Of a stretch of DNA of 64,000 nt, positions 9,981 through 18,997 are shown piece by piece; positions within the stretch are counted from its first letter, which is position 1; the number at the start of each line of letters is the position of its first letter. Source of the DNA: Clostridia bacterium. Lineage in GTDB: Bacteria; Bacillota; Clostridia; Christensenellales; CAG-138. The notes beneath the pieces were generated by a model. It ran no database searches. It was not told the DNA's origin and saw only the letters and a list, made by a program, of their open reading frames with translations. The position numbers and the translations under genes were made by a program. The stretch spans positions 34,102 through 98,101 of the forward strand of contig JAVVSK010000006.1 of the NCBI GenBank assembly GCA_036654235.1. The letters run 5' to 3'.

Positions 9981-11256
9981 TTGTATAGGCGCGGGGCTTG
10001 CTGGCTGTGAGGCAGCGTATCAGATTGCGAAACGCGGAGAATGTGTAACGCTGTATGATATGAAGCCGAAGGTGATGAGCCCCGCTCATTCGTATACTGG
10101 CTTTTCGGAGCTGGTTTGTTCGAATTCACTAAGATCGGATAGATTATCTAACGCTGCCGGGCTATTAAAGGAAGAAATGCGGCTTCTTGATTCTCTTATT
10201 CTTCGCGCGGCGGATGCGGTAAGGGTAAAGGCGGGGGGCGCATTGGCGGTTGATCGAAAAATGTTTTCCGACTATATAACGGACGAAATAAGGAAAAATC
10301 CGTATATAACGATAGTTGCCGATGAAGTAAAAAATATTCCCGAGGGTAAAACGATAATAGCGACGGGACCATTGACGGATGGTGCGCTTTTAAAAAGCAT
10401 AGAGTCCGTAATGGGCGAGCCGCTGCATTTTTTTGACGCGGCGGCACCTATCGTAACAGCGGAATCGTTAAACATGGATGTTGTTTTTTCCGGCTCCAGA
10501 TATGAGCGCGGGGATGACTATTTAAATTGCCCTATGAACCAAAAGGAATACTTCGATTTTTTACGCGCTCTTATAGGCGCGGAAACCGCCGTGCTTCATG
10601 AGTTTGAGAGGGGAGACGTTTTTGAGGGTTGTATGCCTATCGAAATAATGGCAAAGCGCGGCGACTTAACCCTCGCTTACGGACCGTTAAAGCCCGTCGG
10701 TCTTGTAGATATGCGAAAGAACGACAGGGCTTTCGCCGTAGTTCAGTTACGACGCGAAAATGAACAGGGGACGCTATATAATCTTGTGGGTTTCCAAACC
10801 AATTTAAAGTTTGCGGATCAAAAGCGGGTTTTTTCAATGATACCGGGTCTTGAAAATGCCCAGTTTGTCCGCTATGGCGTTATGCATAGAAATACGTTTT
10901 TAAATTCTCCCGGCAAACTTACAGTAGGCTATAGAGTAAAATCAAAACCTGAGCTATATTTCGCGGGTCAGATAACGGGCGTAGAGGGGTATATTGAGAG
11001 CGCAGCGAGCGGACTTATCGCCGGGATTTGCGCCGTTACCGAAAAAGATATCGACTTTACGGGAAAAACGGCTATAGGTGCGCTTTCGCACTATATCTCC
11101 GGATATAGCGGAAAAGATTTTCAGCCGCAAAATATTAACTTCGGAATTATGGAACCTCTTTCCAACAAAGTAAAGAACAAGCAAGATAGGTATTTAGCTA
11201 TATCGGATAGGGCTATTTATACTGTTAAAACTATCCAAAATGAAAACAATTTATGA
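9973..11256 (+). CDS. trmFO: Methylenetetrahydrofolate--tRNA-(uracil-5-)-methyltransferase TrmFO (Gid)
   Basis: MINCIGAGLAGCEAAYQIAKRG FAD-binding fold, SELVCSNSLRS and FAGQITGVEGYIESAASGL. The ATG at 9973 overlaps the topA stop by 8 nt. Confidence 0.9.
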   Translation: MINCIGAGLAGCEAAYQIAKRGECVTLYDMKPKVMSPAHSYTGFSELVCSNSLRSDRLSNAAGLLKEEMRLLDSLILRAADAVRVKAGGALAVDRKMFSDYITDEIRKNPYITIVADEVKNIPEGKTIIATGPLTDGALLKSIESVMGEPLHFFDAAAPIVTAESLNMDVVFSGSRYERGDDYLNCPMNQKEYFDFLRALIGAETAVLHEFERGDVFEGCMPIEIMAKRGDLTLAYGPLKPVGLVDMRKNDRAFAVVQLRRENEQGTLYNLVGFQTNLKFADQKRVFSMIPGLENAQFVRYGVMHRNTFLNSPGKLTVGYRVKSKPELYFAGQITGVEGYIESAASGLIAGICAVTEKDIDFTGKTAIGALSHYISGYSGKDFQPQNINFGIMEPLSNKVKNKQDRYLAISDRAIYTVKTIQNENNL

Positions 11257-11273
11257 ATTTACTTAAAAAGCGC

Positions 11274-11302
11274 TTAGCATTATAGACGCTTTATGGTATC
11301 AT
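11274..11302 (+). promoter_or_regulatory. Putative sigma-A promoter for hslVU
   Basis: TTAGCA (11274-11279), a 17-nt spacer, then TATCAT (11297-11302), with TG 1 nt upstream of the -10. Confidence 0.35.
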
Positions 11303-11361
11303 CAAAACATCGTGGGTTGGTGTCTTATAATTTTGGGCATAATCCAAACGAAAGGAAACTT

Positions 11362-11895
11362 ATGGAAATACATGCAACGACCATTGTGGGGATAAGGAAA
11401 AACGGAGTATGCGCTATTGCCGGAGACGGTCAGGTGACTTTGGGAGAGCATACTATAATGAAACAGCACGCTAAAAAGGTGCGTAGGCTTTACCATGATA
11501 AGGTTGTCGTCGGATTTGCGGGTTCGGTTGCCGATGCGTTTTCTCTTTGCGAGAAGTTCGAAAAAAAGCTTGAACAGTTTAGCGGTGGGCTAAAACGTTC
11601 AGCGGTTGCCCTTGCACAGGAATGGCGAAGTGATAAGGGAATGAGACAGCTAGATGCGCTTTTAATTGCTGCCGATGCAGATGAGTTGCTTATAATATCG
11701 GGAACGGGGGAGGTAATAGACCCGGATGACGGTATAGCCGCGATAGGTTCGGGCGGAATGTATGCTCTTGCCGCCGCAAGGGCGCTCCTTTGTAATACCA
11801 ATCTAAGCGCCGAGGAAGTTGCAAGGAAGTCTCTAGAAATAGCCTCTGAAATATGCGTTTATACGAACTCGAATATAAGTGTGGAGGTGGTTTAA
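11362..11895 (+). CDS. hslV: ATP-dependent protease subunit HslV (ClpQ)
   Basis: [28 protein letters not shown] with an N-terminal Thr nucleophile context, and [14 protein letters not shown]. The start was trimmed from the track's 11293 to the ATG at 11362. Confidence 0.9.
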   Translation: MEIHATTIVGIRKNGVCAIAGDGQVTLGEHTIMKQHAKKVRRLYHDKVVVGFAGSVADAFSLCEKFEKKLEQFSGGLKRSAVALAQEWRSDKGMRQLDALLIAADADELLIISGTGEVIDPDDGIAAIGSGGMYALAAARALLCNTNLSAEEVARKSLEIASEICVYTNSNISVEVV

Positions 11896-11896
11896 A

Positions 11897-13276
11897 ATGC
11901 TTACACCTAAAGAAATCGTAGAAGCTCTTGATAAATATATAATCGGTCAGGATAAAGCGAAGCGCGCCGTTGCGGTTGCGTTGCGGAATCGTTATAGGAG
12001 AAGCCTATTGGATCCCGATATGCGCGAAGAAATAACACCTAAGAATATAATAATGGTTGGACCTACGGGAGTAGGTAAAACTGAAATAGCGAGGCGGCTT
12101 GCTAAGCTCGTTGATGCGCCATTTATAAAGGTTGAGGCGACGAAATTCACCGAGGTCGGCTATGTTGGTCGCGACGTAGACAGCATGGTGCGCGACCTTG
12201 TCGACGCTTCCTTACGTCTCGTTAAAGAAAGAAAACGCGAAATCGTTCGCGTTTCCGCAGAAATAAATACCGAGAGACGACTCGTTGAACTCTTAATGCC
12301 AAAACAGGCGCGAAAAAAACAAGCTCAGCCAAACATAATGCAGTTACTTCTTCCGAGCGCGGAAAACAATAATGAAGAACCTGAAACAACCGAAACGGAA
12401 AAACAGGAACGTATAAGTAAAAAGCATGAGCTTTTAAACAATCTTCGAAATGGCAGTCTAGAGGATGTCGTCGTTGAGATAGAGGTTGAAGAAAACAATA
12501 ACGCCGAAGGATCTATGCTTGCTATGGGTATAGATATAAACATGGGCGAAATTCTCGGAGGAATGCTTCCTAAGAAAAAGAAGGTTCGTCATATTCCGGT
12601 TCGGGAGGCGAGGCGCATAATTTTGCAGGAGGAAAGCGATAAGCTAATCGATATGGACGACGTTATAACCGAAGCGTTAAATAAGGCTGAGCAGGATGGG
12701 ATAATTTTTATCGATGAAATAGATAAAATAACTGTAACCAGTCAAGGCGCAGGAGTTGACGTTTCACGTGAGGGTGTTCAAAGAGATATACTTCCGATAG
12801 TCGAAGGATCGACGGTGAGTACGAAATATGGTCCTATAAAGACTGATTTCATGTTGTTTATAGCGGCAGGCGCTTTTCATGTTGCGAAGGTTTCGGATTT
12901 AATTCCGGAGCTTCTCGGGCGCTTTCCGATAAAGGTAGATTTGCTTCCTCTTACGCAGGAGGATCTAAAGAGAATTCTAACACAGCCGGACAATGCCGTT
13001 ATAAAGCAATATAAGGCGCTTTTAAAAACCGAAAATATCGAACTTGAATTTTTGGATAGCGCGATAGAAGAAATTGCAAAGCTTGCCCATGAAGCTAATG
13101 AAACGGGCGACAATATAGGGGCGAGGCGGCTGCATACCATATTGGAAAATCTGCTTGAAGACGTATCATTTGATGCTGTTTGCGGAGTTGGAAGGAATAT
13201 CATTGTTGATGTTGATTATGTCAAAACGCATTTAAGCGAAAGTATTGAAGCGGATTTACAAAAATACATACTGTAA
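11897..13276 (+). CDS. hslU: ATP-dependent protease ATPase subunit HslU (ClpY)
   Basis: [35 protein letters not shown], Walker [16 protein letters not shown] and [10 protein letters not shown]. The start lies 2 nt after the hslV stop. Confidence 0.95.
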   Translation: MLTPKEIVEALDKYIIGQDKAKRAVAVALRNRYRRSLLDPDMREEITPKNIIMVGPTGVGKTEIARRLAKLVDAPFIKVEATKFTEVGYVGRDVDSMVRDLVDASLRLVKERKREIVRVSAEINTERRLVELLMPKQARKKQAQPNIMQLLLPSAENNNEEPETTETEKQERISKKHELLNNLRNGSLEDVVVEIEVEENNNAEGSMLAMGIDINMGEILGGMLPKKKKVRHIPVREARRIILQEESDKLIDMDDVITEALNKAEQDGIIFIDEIDKITVTSQGAGVDVSREGVQRDILPIVEGSTVSTKYGPIKTDFMLFIAAGAFHVAKVSDLIPELLGRFPIKVDLLPLTQEDLKRILTQPDNAVIKQYKALLKTENIELEFLDSAIEEIAKLAHEANETGDNIGARRLHTILENLLEDVSFDAVCGVGRNIIVDVDYVKTHLSESIEADLQKYIL

Positions 13277-13358
13277 AACCGGGTTTTTTCGTAAGAAAAC
13301 AAAAGATAGGAGGAAAATCAAATATTGCGATAAAAATCCAAATATGGAGGATTATTAG

Positions 13359-14921
13359 ATGAAAAGAATGTTTTTAATTGCTGTGTGCGTATGCTGCTTA
13401 TTTACGGTTGCATGCAATAAGGAATATGAGCCCGTTGATAAAATTGTTGAAACACATAGTGCAAAACCGATAGAAACGCTGCCCGGAACTACGCCGGAGT
13501 CTATTGTAACTGAGACACCGACTCCGACAATAAAGCCGACTCCGATACCGGATATAATGATTGAAAGCGCATCGGATTATTGTTTTACAATAGCGGAAGG
13601 AACGGAGCTTAAAGATGGACCTCTCGAAAACTTCGGCGTTATTAAAACGTTGAGCGTTGGAACGGAGGTTAAGATAACAGGAAGCTTTTTAAACTGGTTC
13701 AGGGTTGAAGCTGATGGAGCTGATGGCTATATTGAGACCGATGCTCTTGCTTTTGCTAAGGGCTTTGTTTCTGCCGAGGACGTAAATATGCGAAAAGGTC
13801 CGGGACGCGATTCTGAGATAATTAAAAAGTTGCCGGAAAAAACCGAGATGATAATCTTCGGCGTAAAGGATGAATGGCTTGAGATAATAGCTGATGGTGA
13901 ACATGGATATATTCATAAAGACTTTGTCGGTTATGAACATGCTTACGTTACGGCGGATGAAGTAAAAATCAGATCCGGTCCTAGCACCGATTCGGAAAAG
14001 GTCGGGCTTGTTTACGAAGGCGATATGATAAATGTGCTTTCGACTTACAACGGGTGGTATCGCGTAGAAGCGGGGGAATATTCCGGCTTCGTTTTTAGTA
14101 AATACGTAAGAGAAGCGCCCGTAATAACTGAGCTTGAACATAAAAGAGCGTATATAACCGATGCGGGGGTCAATTTCAGAAAAGGACCGTCCACAGATTT
14201 TTCACCGTTTAAACGCTTAAACAAATTCACGGCGGTAACGGTAACCGGCGAAGCGGATTTATGGTATCGGGTATTTATAGATCTCGGAGAAGAAGAAAAG
14301 ACCGAGGGCTTTGTAAGCAAGGAATTTATTGAGTTCGGAACGCCTACTCTCTACGTAACGTCGCAGGATGTCAGTTTAAGAACGGGACCCGGTTCGGATT
14401 ATACGATAATTACAAAGGTCAGAAAGAATAGCAAGTTCGTTATAACCGAATCGGAGGGAGACTGGTTTAAAGGCGTTGTAAATGGTGTAACCGGATATAT
14501 GAGCATGCAGTATTTAGACGACACTCAAGAGGGAGAAAAGACAAATGAGTTCTCGGAAGAAGAAGTTTATTTAGCTGCTAAGGTCGCTTATCTTGAGTCG
14601 CGGGGCGGCGGAGCAGAAGCCTACGCTGCCGTTGCAAACGTTATATACAACCGAGTAAAAAGCAGAATGTTTCCGAATACAATAGAAAGTGTCTGTTTCC
14701 AAAGGGGTCAGTTTTCGGTTATACATCACAGCAACTGGAACAATATAACCCCGAACAGTACTTGTTTAAACGCGGTTCGCGAATGTCTTAATGGTGGGAA
14801 ACGCAATGTTCCTATGAGAGTGTTGTTTTTCCATGCCGCGTACTTAGGAACGAGTTGGGGCAATGATAAAGAATTTTATAAGACGATAGGCGCAAACTCG
14901 TTTTTCTGGTACATTGGCTAG
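13359..14921 (+). CDS. Lipoprotein with about five SH3b repeats and a C-terminal SleB/CwlJ-type (Hydrolase_2) cell-wall hydrolase domain
   Basis: Lipobox LFTVAC. The pattern G.V.....NVR.GP......I..L......V......W..V...G..GY recurs five times. The C-terminus AKVAYLESRGGGAEAYAAVANVIYNRVKSRMFPNTIESVCFQRGQFS matches the SleB-like hydrolase core. Confidence 0.8.
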   Translation: MKRMFLIAVCVCCLFTVACNKEYEPVDKIVETHSAKPIETLPGTTPESIVTETPTPTIKPTPIPDIMIESASDYCFTIAEGTELKDGPLENFGVIKTLSVGTEVKITGSFLNWFRVEADGADGYIETDALAFAKGFVSAEDVNMRKGPGRDSEIIKKLPEKTEMIIFGVKDEWLEIIADGEHGYIHKDFVGYEHAYVTADEVKIRSGPSTDSEKVGLVYEGDMINVLSTYNGWYRVEAGEYSGFVFSKYVREAPVITELEHKRAYITDAGVNFRKGPSTDFSPFKRLNKFTAVTVTGEADLWYRVFIDLGEEEKTEGFVSKEFIEFGTPTLYVTSQDVSLRTGPGSDYTIITKVRKNSKFVITESEGDWFKGVVNGVTGYMSMQYLDDTQEGEKTNEFSEEEVYLAAKVAYLESRGGGAEAYAAVANVIYNRVKSRMFPNTIESVCFQRGQFSVIHHSNWNNITPNSTCLNAVRECLNGGKRNVPMRVLFFHAAYLGTSWGNDKEFYKTIGANSFFWYIG

Positions 14922-14969
14922 AGGTCAATAACGAGTTTTAGGCATAACTCAAAAAATCAAACTAACATT

Positions 14970-15004
14970 ACGTGGCGTTTACGTAAAGCAAACGCCACGT
15001 TTTT
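14970..15004 (+). terminator. Intrinsic terminator
   Basis: 11-bp perfect stem ACGTGGCGTTT (14970-14980) / AAACGCCACGT (14990-15000), followed by TTTT. Confidence 0.7.
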
Positions 15005-15146
15005 ATTTTTCTATAGCTTCAAAAGTTTTATTCTATGACACTATACCTATATTACAAAAACAAATTGCTATACAGCATTATCTATGTTACACTTTAGAAA
15101 ATGGTTCGGATGACGAACTATAAAAATGTGTTAAAGGAGATATAAA

Positions 15147-15596
15147 ATGGAAGATTATCAGAATAACAATCAAAAGACGCAATATGAACCGCCACATTAT
15201 ACCGAACCGCAATATGAACCGCCACATTATACCGAACCGCAATATGAACCGCCGCGCTATTCTCCTTCTCAAAATCAAGCGCCAACAAACGGCGCGAGGG
15301 GAATGAGCATAACTTCTATGATTCTCGGAATAATATCCTGCGCCCTATCTTTTACCGTCATCTTTTCGTTTTGCGGTATAATTCTATCGGTTCTCGGGAT
15401 TATATTTTTCTGTATGGCAAAAAACCGTTATGACGACCTTAAAATTAATATGAGCGGTCAGGCGATAACGGGGCTTATTTGTTCTATTGTCGGTCTTCTT
15501 CTTTCCGTAGCTATGACACTTCTAATGATTTTTATTTTTAGATTTGCCCTACAATACGTTCCATGGTTTCCGCTCAGCACTCCATTCGCTATGTAA
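15147..15596 (+). CDS. Small membrane protein: Pro/Tyr/Glu-rich repeat N-terminus plus a DUF4190-like TM domain
   Basis: MEDYQNNNQKTQ, then (YEPPHYTEPQ) repeated 2.5 times, then hydrophobic ITSMILGIISCALSF...LLLSVAMTLLMIFIF. An AAAGGAG SD is present. Confidence 0.7.
   Translation: MEDYQNNNQKTQYEPPHYTEPQYEPPHYTEPQYEPPRYSPSQNQAPTNGARGMSITSMILGIISCALSFTVIFSFCGIILSVLGIIFFCMAKNRYDDLKINMSGQAITGLICSIVGLLLSVAMTLLMIFIFRFALQYVPWFPLSTPFAM
15180..15254 (+). repeat. Perfect 30-bp in-frame tandem repeat, 2.5 copies
   Basis: CAATATGAACCGCCACATTATACCGAACCG occurs at 15180-15209 and identically at 15210-15239. The third copy diverges after 15 nt. Confidence 0.9.
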
Positions 15597-15695
15597 CATT
15601 TAAAGTATTGACGTGGAATTAACGATAAATGTATGTTATAATTTTAAAAAGTGAAAGAACTTTAAAGTTAAAAAATTTATAAGGAAGTAATGTTA

Positions 15696-16145
15696 ATGGA
15701 AAATTATCAGAATAATAATCAGAATAACAATCAGAATAATAATCCGTATAATAATCAATATCAGCAGCCTTCTTCGGAAGAAAATAGCGCGAAATCCCTA
15801 GCCATAGTATCAATGGTTCTTGGCATATTGGCTTTGGTTTTCGTTTGGTTCGGGTATAGCGCAATAATCTCCTTAGCCTGCGCGATAGTTGGAATCGTTT
15901 TATCCGTTCAGTCAGATAAAACATACGAAGCTTTGGGTATGCGAAAGAACGGAATGGCTACCGCGGGGCGCGTATGCTCAATTATTTCTCTTGTATTGGC
16001 GTTCGTTATGGTTTTCTTGCTTATTACCGGGCTTAGCATTTTTACTAAGGTATTTTACGATATGTCCAGCGTATTTCCGAACATATCCGACCCATTTCCG
16101 AGCATGACTCCAGCGCTTTTTGACTTATTCCCGAATATGCCCTGA
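15696..16145 (+). CDS. Paralogous small membrane protein: Asn/Gln-repeat N-terminus plus a DUF4190-like TM domain
   Basis: MENYQNNNQNNNQNNNPYNNQYQQP, then SLAIVSMVLGILALVFVWF...CSIISLVLAFVMVFLLI. This is the same architecture and the same MExYQNNNQ start as the upstream gene. The ATG at 15696 is preferred because an AAGGAAG SD lies 8 nt upstream. Confidence 0.7.
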   Translation: MENYQNNNQNNNQNNNPYNNQYQQPSSEENSAKSLAIVSMVLGILALVFVWFGYSAIISLACAIVGIVLSVQSDKTYEALGMRKNGMATAGRVCSIISLVLAFVMVFLLITGLSIFTKVFYDMSSVFPNISDPFPSMTPALFDLFPNMP

Positions 16146-16166
16146 TTTTTAGAACTGAATTTTTTA

Positions 16167-16199
16167 GGCAAGCGATAAATTTATGCGCTTGCCTTTTTT
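16167..16199 (+). terminator. Intrinsic terminator
   Basis: Stem GGCAAGCG (16167-16174) / CGCTTGCC (16186-16193), followed by T6. Confidence 0.7.
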
Positions 16200-16286
16200 A
16201 AAAGGCAATATATGTGGGACATCTGCTTTTTTATCTTAACACTAGAATAAATAGTTATACTTATAACGGTTTTTTAATCATCAGGT

Positions 16287-16315
16287 TTGTAAAAACGCGA
16301 AAAATTGTTTACAAT
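16287..16315 (+). promoter_or_regulatory. Putative sigma-A promoter for mutS2
   Basis: TTGTAA (16287-16292), a 17-nt spacer, then TACAAT (16310-16315). Confidence 0.4.
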
Positions 16316-16349
16316 GGAGAAAACTAAAACGTAGCCTAAGGAGCAATAT

Positions 16350-18704
16350 ATGCAGGAAAGAGTTTTAAAAACGCTTGAATACGATAAAATCATAAAAGAG
16401 TTAAAAAAGCGCGCCAACTGTTGCGTGAGTCGCGAAATTTGCGATGAACTGACCCCTATTGAAAGCTACGAGGAGGTCAACCTTGCTTTAAATTTAACGA
16501 GTGAAGCCGAATCGTGTTTCATTCGCTCCGGGGCTTCGCCCGTTGATGATTTTCAGGACGTTCGCGAGCTTTTAAAGCGCATTCACGCGATCTTATTTCT
16601 TCCATGTAGGGATCTTTTATCTATAGCTCAATGTATGAAGGCGGCGCGTCTTACACGAAGCTTTCTTGATAAACCGACGACGGGCGGAATGCTCTTATCT
16701 ATGGCGCATAGACTCTCTACTTTTGAATACGTTGAGGAGGAAATTAACCGCTGTATACTGAACGAAGATGAGCTGTTCGACGGCGCATCTCCGGCGCTTG
16801 CACGGATAAGAAAACAGATGCGCTTGGCAAACGAAAAGGTGCGCGAGAAGTTAAACTCGATGATCCGTTCGTCAACATATCAAAAATATCTGCAGGATCC
16901 GATAATAACGATGCGCAATGGTAGGTTTGTTATCCCCGTTAAACAAGAGTATCGCCAATATATCCCTGGACTTATTCACGATCAATCGGGGAGCGGGGCA
17001 ACTCTTTTTATTGAGCCGACGATGGCCGTTGACCTCGGAAACGAATATAAACGCTTAATGTCCGAAGAATCTGTCGAGATAGAGCGTATTTTATCGGAAC
17101 TTACGGCTTTTATTGCGCCCTGCGCAAACGATCTTTACAACGATATAGAGATAATGGGCTCTATTGATCTTGCGTTTGCGAAAGCAAAGCTTGCCCGCGA
17201 GATGAACGCGATTAAGCCCACTCTAAATAAAAACGGAATGATTAAAATAATTAAGGGACGGCATCCGCTAATATCGCCTTCAACCGTCGTTCCGATAGAC
17301 GTTTGGCTGGGAGAGGACTTTAAAACCCTAATAATAACCGGACCTAATACCGGCGGTAAAACAGTTACGTTGAAGACAGTCGGATTATTTACGCTCATGG
17401 CGCAAACCGGTCTTTTTATCCCCGCCGGAGAGGGAACTTCGCTCTCTATGTATGAAAAAGTATATGCCGATATTGGAGATGAACAGTCCATTGAGCAGAG
17501 TCTCTCGACCTTCTCTTCACATATGACAAATATCGTTGGAATATTAAACAGCGCTGATAAAAACGCTCTTGTTCTTTTGGACGAATTAGGCGCGGGAACC
17601 GACCCTATTGAAGGTGCGGCTCTCGCTATGAGCATCCTGGAAAATCTTCATGCGCGGCGGTCAACCGTTTTAGCGACAACGCATTACAGCGAGATAAAGG
17701 CGTTTGCGTTGACACATAGCGGAATGGAAAACGCATCCATGGAGTTTGATATAGATAAGCTTCGTCCGACATACCGCCTATTTATCGGCATACCGGGGAA
17801 GTCGAACGCATTTGAGATTTCAAGAAGGCTTGGACTTGACGATTCTACGATTGAACAGGCGAAAAAATTCATTAAAAAAGAAGACGTGAGCTTTGAGGAT
17901 ATAATTTCGGGCGCGGAATCTCAAAAGAGAATAGCCGAGAAGGAACGCGAGTTGGCTGAGCAGGCACGGCGCGAGCTATATAAGCTGCGCGAAGATGCGG
18001 AGAGGGAACTAAAAAAGCTTGACGATGAACGTGACAGATTAAAAAACAAGGCGCGTGAGGATGCTAAAAAGATAGTTCTCGACGCGAAGCGCGAGGTTGA
18101 GGGCATAATAAGGGCGCTGCGCGATGTAAAAAATATCGACAGGAGTGTACTTGATCGCGCGATTCAATCTTCGAGGGATAATCTAAGAAATCTCGAAAAC
18201 GAGCTTTACGATAATAAGCCGATAGAAAAGGTAGACGAAGGTGTCGTTCCGACTACGCTTATTCCCGGTCAAACCGTTAAAATAGTTAGCATAGATCAAA
18301 AGGCGACGGTATTGACGGTGCCAAATAAAGGTGAAGTTCAGGTTCAGGTGGGTATAATAAAGATGAATGCAAAGTTAAAGGATCTAAGAATCGTCGAAGA
18401 AAAGGCGCGCGATAGTTCAGGAGCGAATAAGGTAAGCCTTGATAAAACTAAAACTATAGGTCTTGAACTTGATATTCGCGGGAAACTCGTTGACGAGGCT
18501 ATTCCGGAGGTGGATAGATATATAATGGATGCGTTTTTGAACGGGCTAACGGAGATCAGTATAATTCATGGGAAGGGGACTGGGGCACTTAGAGCAGGAA
18601 TACATGACTTTTTGCGCTCACATTCTCGAGTAAAGAGCTTTCGTCTCGGAGCATATGGCGAAGGCGACGCGGGTGTTACCGTTATTACCTTAAAAAAAGA
18701 TTAA
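16350..18704 (+). CDS. mutS2: Endonuclease MutS2 (MutS-family ATPase with a C-terminal Smr domain)
   Basis: Walker A ITGPNTGGKTVTLKT, LDELGAGTDPIEGAAL, a long coiled-coil region, and the Smr domain LDIRGKLVDEAIPEVDRYI...IIHGKGTGALR. Confidence 0.95.
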   Translation: MQERVLKTLEYDKIIKELKKRANCCVSREICDELTPIESYEEVNLALNLTSEAESCFIRSGASPVDDFQDVRELLKRIHAILFLPCRDLLSIAQCMKAARLTRSFLDKPTTGGMLLSMAHRLSTFEYVEEEINRCILNEDELFDGASPALARIRKQMRLANEKVREKLNSMIRSSTYQKYLQDPIITMRNGRFVIPVKQEYRQYIPGLIHDQSGSGATLFIEPTMAVDLGNEYKRLMSEESVEIERILSELTAFIAPCANDLYNDIEIMGSIDLAFAKAKLAREMNAIKPTLNKNGMIKIIKGRHPLISPSTVVPIDVWLGEDFKTLIITGPNTGGKTVTLKTVGLFTLMAQTGLFIPAGEGTSLSMYEKVYADIGDEQSIEQSLSTFSSHMTNIVGILNSADKNALVLLDELGAGTDPIEGAALAMSILENLHARRSTVLATTHYSEIKAFALTHSGMENASMEFDIDKLRPTYRLFIGIPGKSNAFEISRRLGLDDSTIEQAKKFIKKEDVSFEDIISGAESQKRIAEKERELAEQARRELYKLREDAERELKKLDDERDRLKNKAREDAKKIVLDAKREVEGIIRALRDVKNIDRSVLDRAIQSSRDNLRNLENELYDNKPIEKVDEGVVPTTLIPGQTVKIVSIDQKATVLTVPNKGEVQVQVGIIKMNAKLKDLRIVEEKARDSSGANKVSLDKTKTIGLELDIRGKLVDEAIPEVDRYIMDAFLNGLTEISIIHGKGTGALRAGIHDFLRSHSRVKSFRLGAYGEGDAGVTVITLKKD

Positions 18705-18997
18705 AAAACGGACAATTGGTTTTATACTTTTCATTAATTCTTTTTTCCTTTTAAGCGGAAGATAACGCTTGGAGTCTATCCTAAAAAATAAATATCACGG
18801 ATTATTGTCGATATTTAGCATGGGATAGGCTCTAATTTTTGTCATATACAAAAAATGTTCATATAGAGACGGACGCTAAGTTCGCCCAACAGTTCAAATT
18901 TAAATCACAATATATTTTAATGCAAACACTGGACAAATCACAACCAAAGTGGTAGGATATTGCCGAAGTAAAATAGTATGGATTTTTGGGGGAACGT

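Noticed and set aside
15889-16107. 72-aa ORF in an alternative frame of the second DUF4190-like gene
   Set aside because: It overlaps the same strand of a better supported frame that has a paralogue upstream, and it has no SD.
17135-17635. 166-aa antisense ORF within mutS2; similar cases at 13689-14141, 12877-13203 and 62710-63219
   Set aside because: Each is fully embedded antisense in a well-supported CDS, with no start context or motif.
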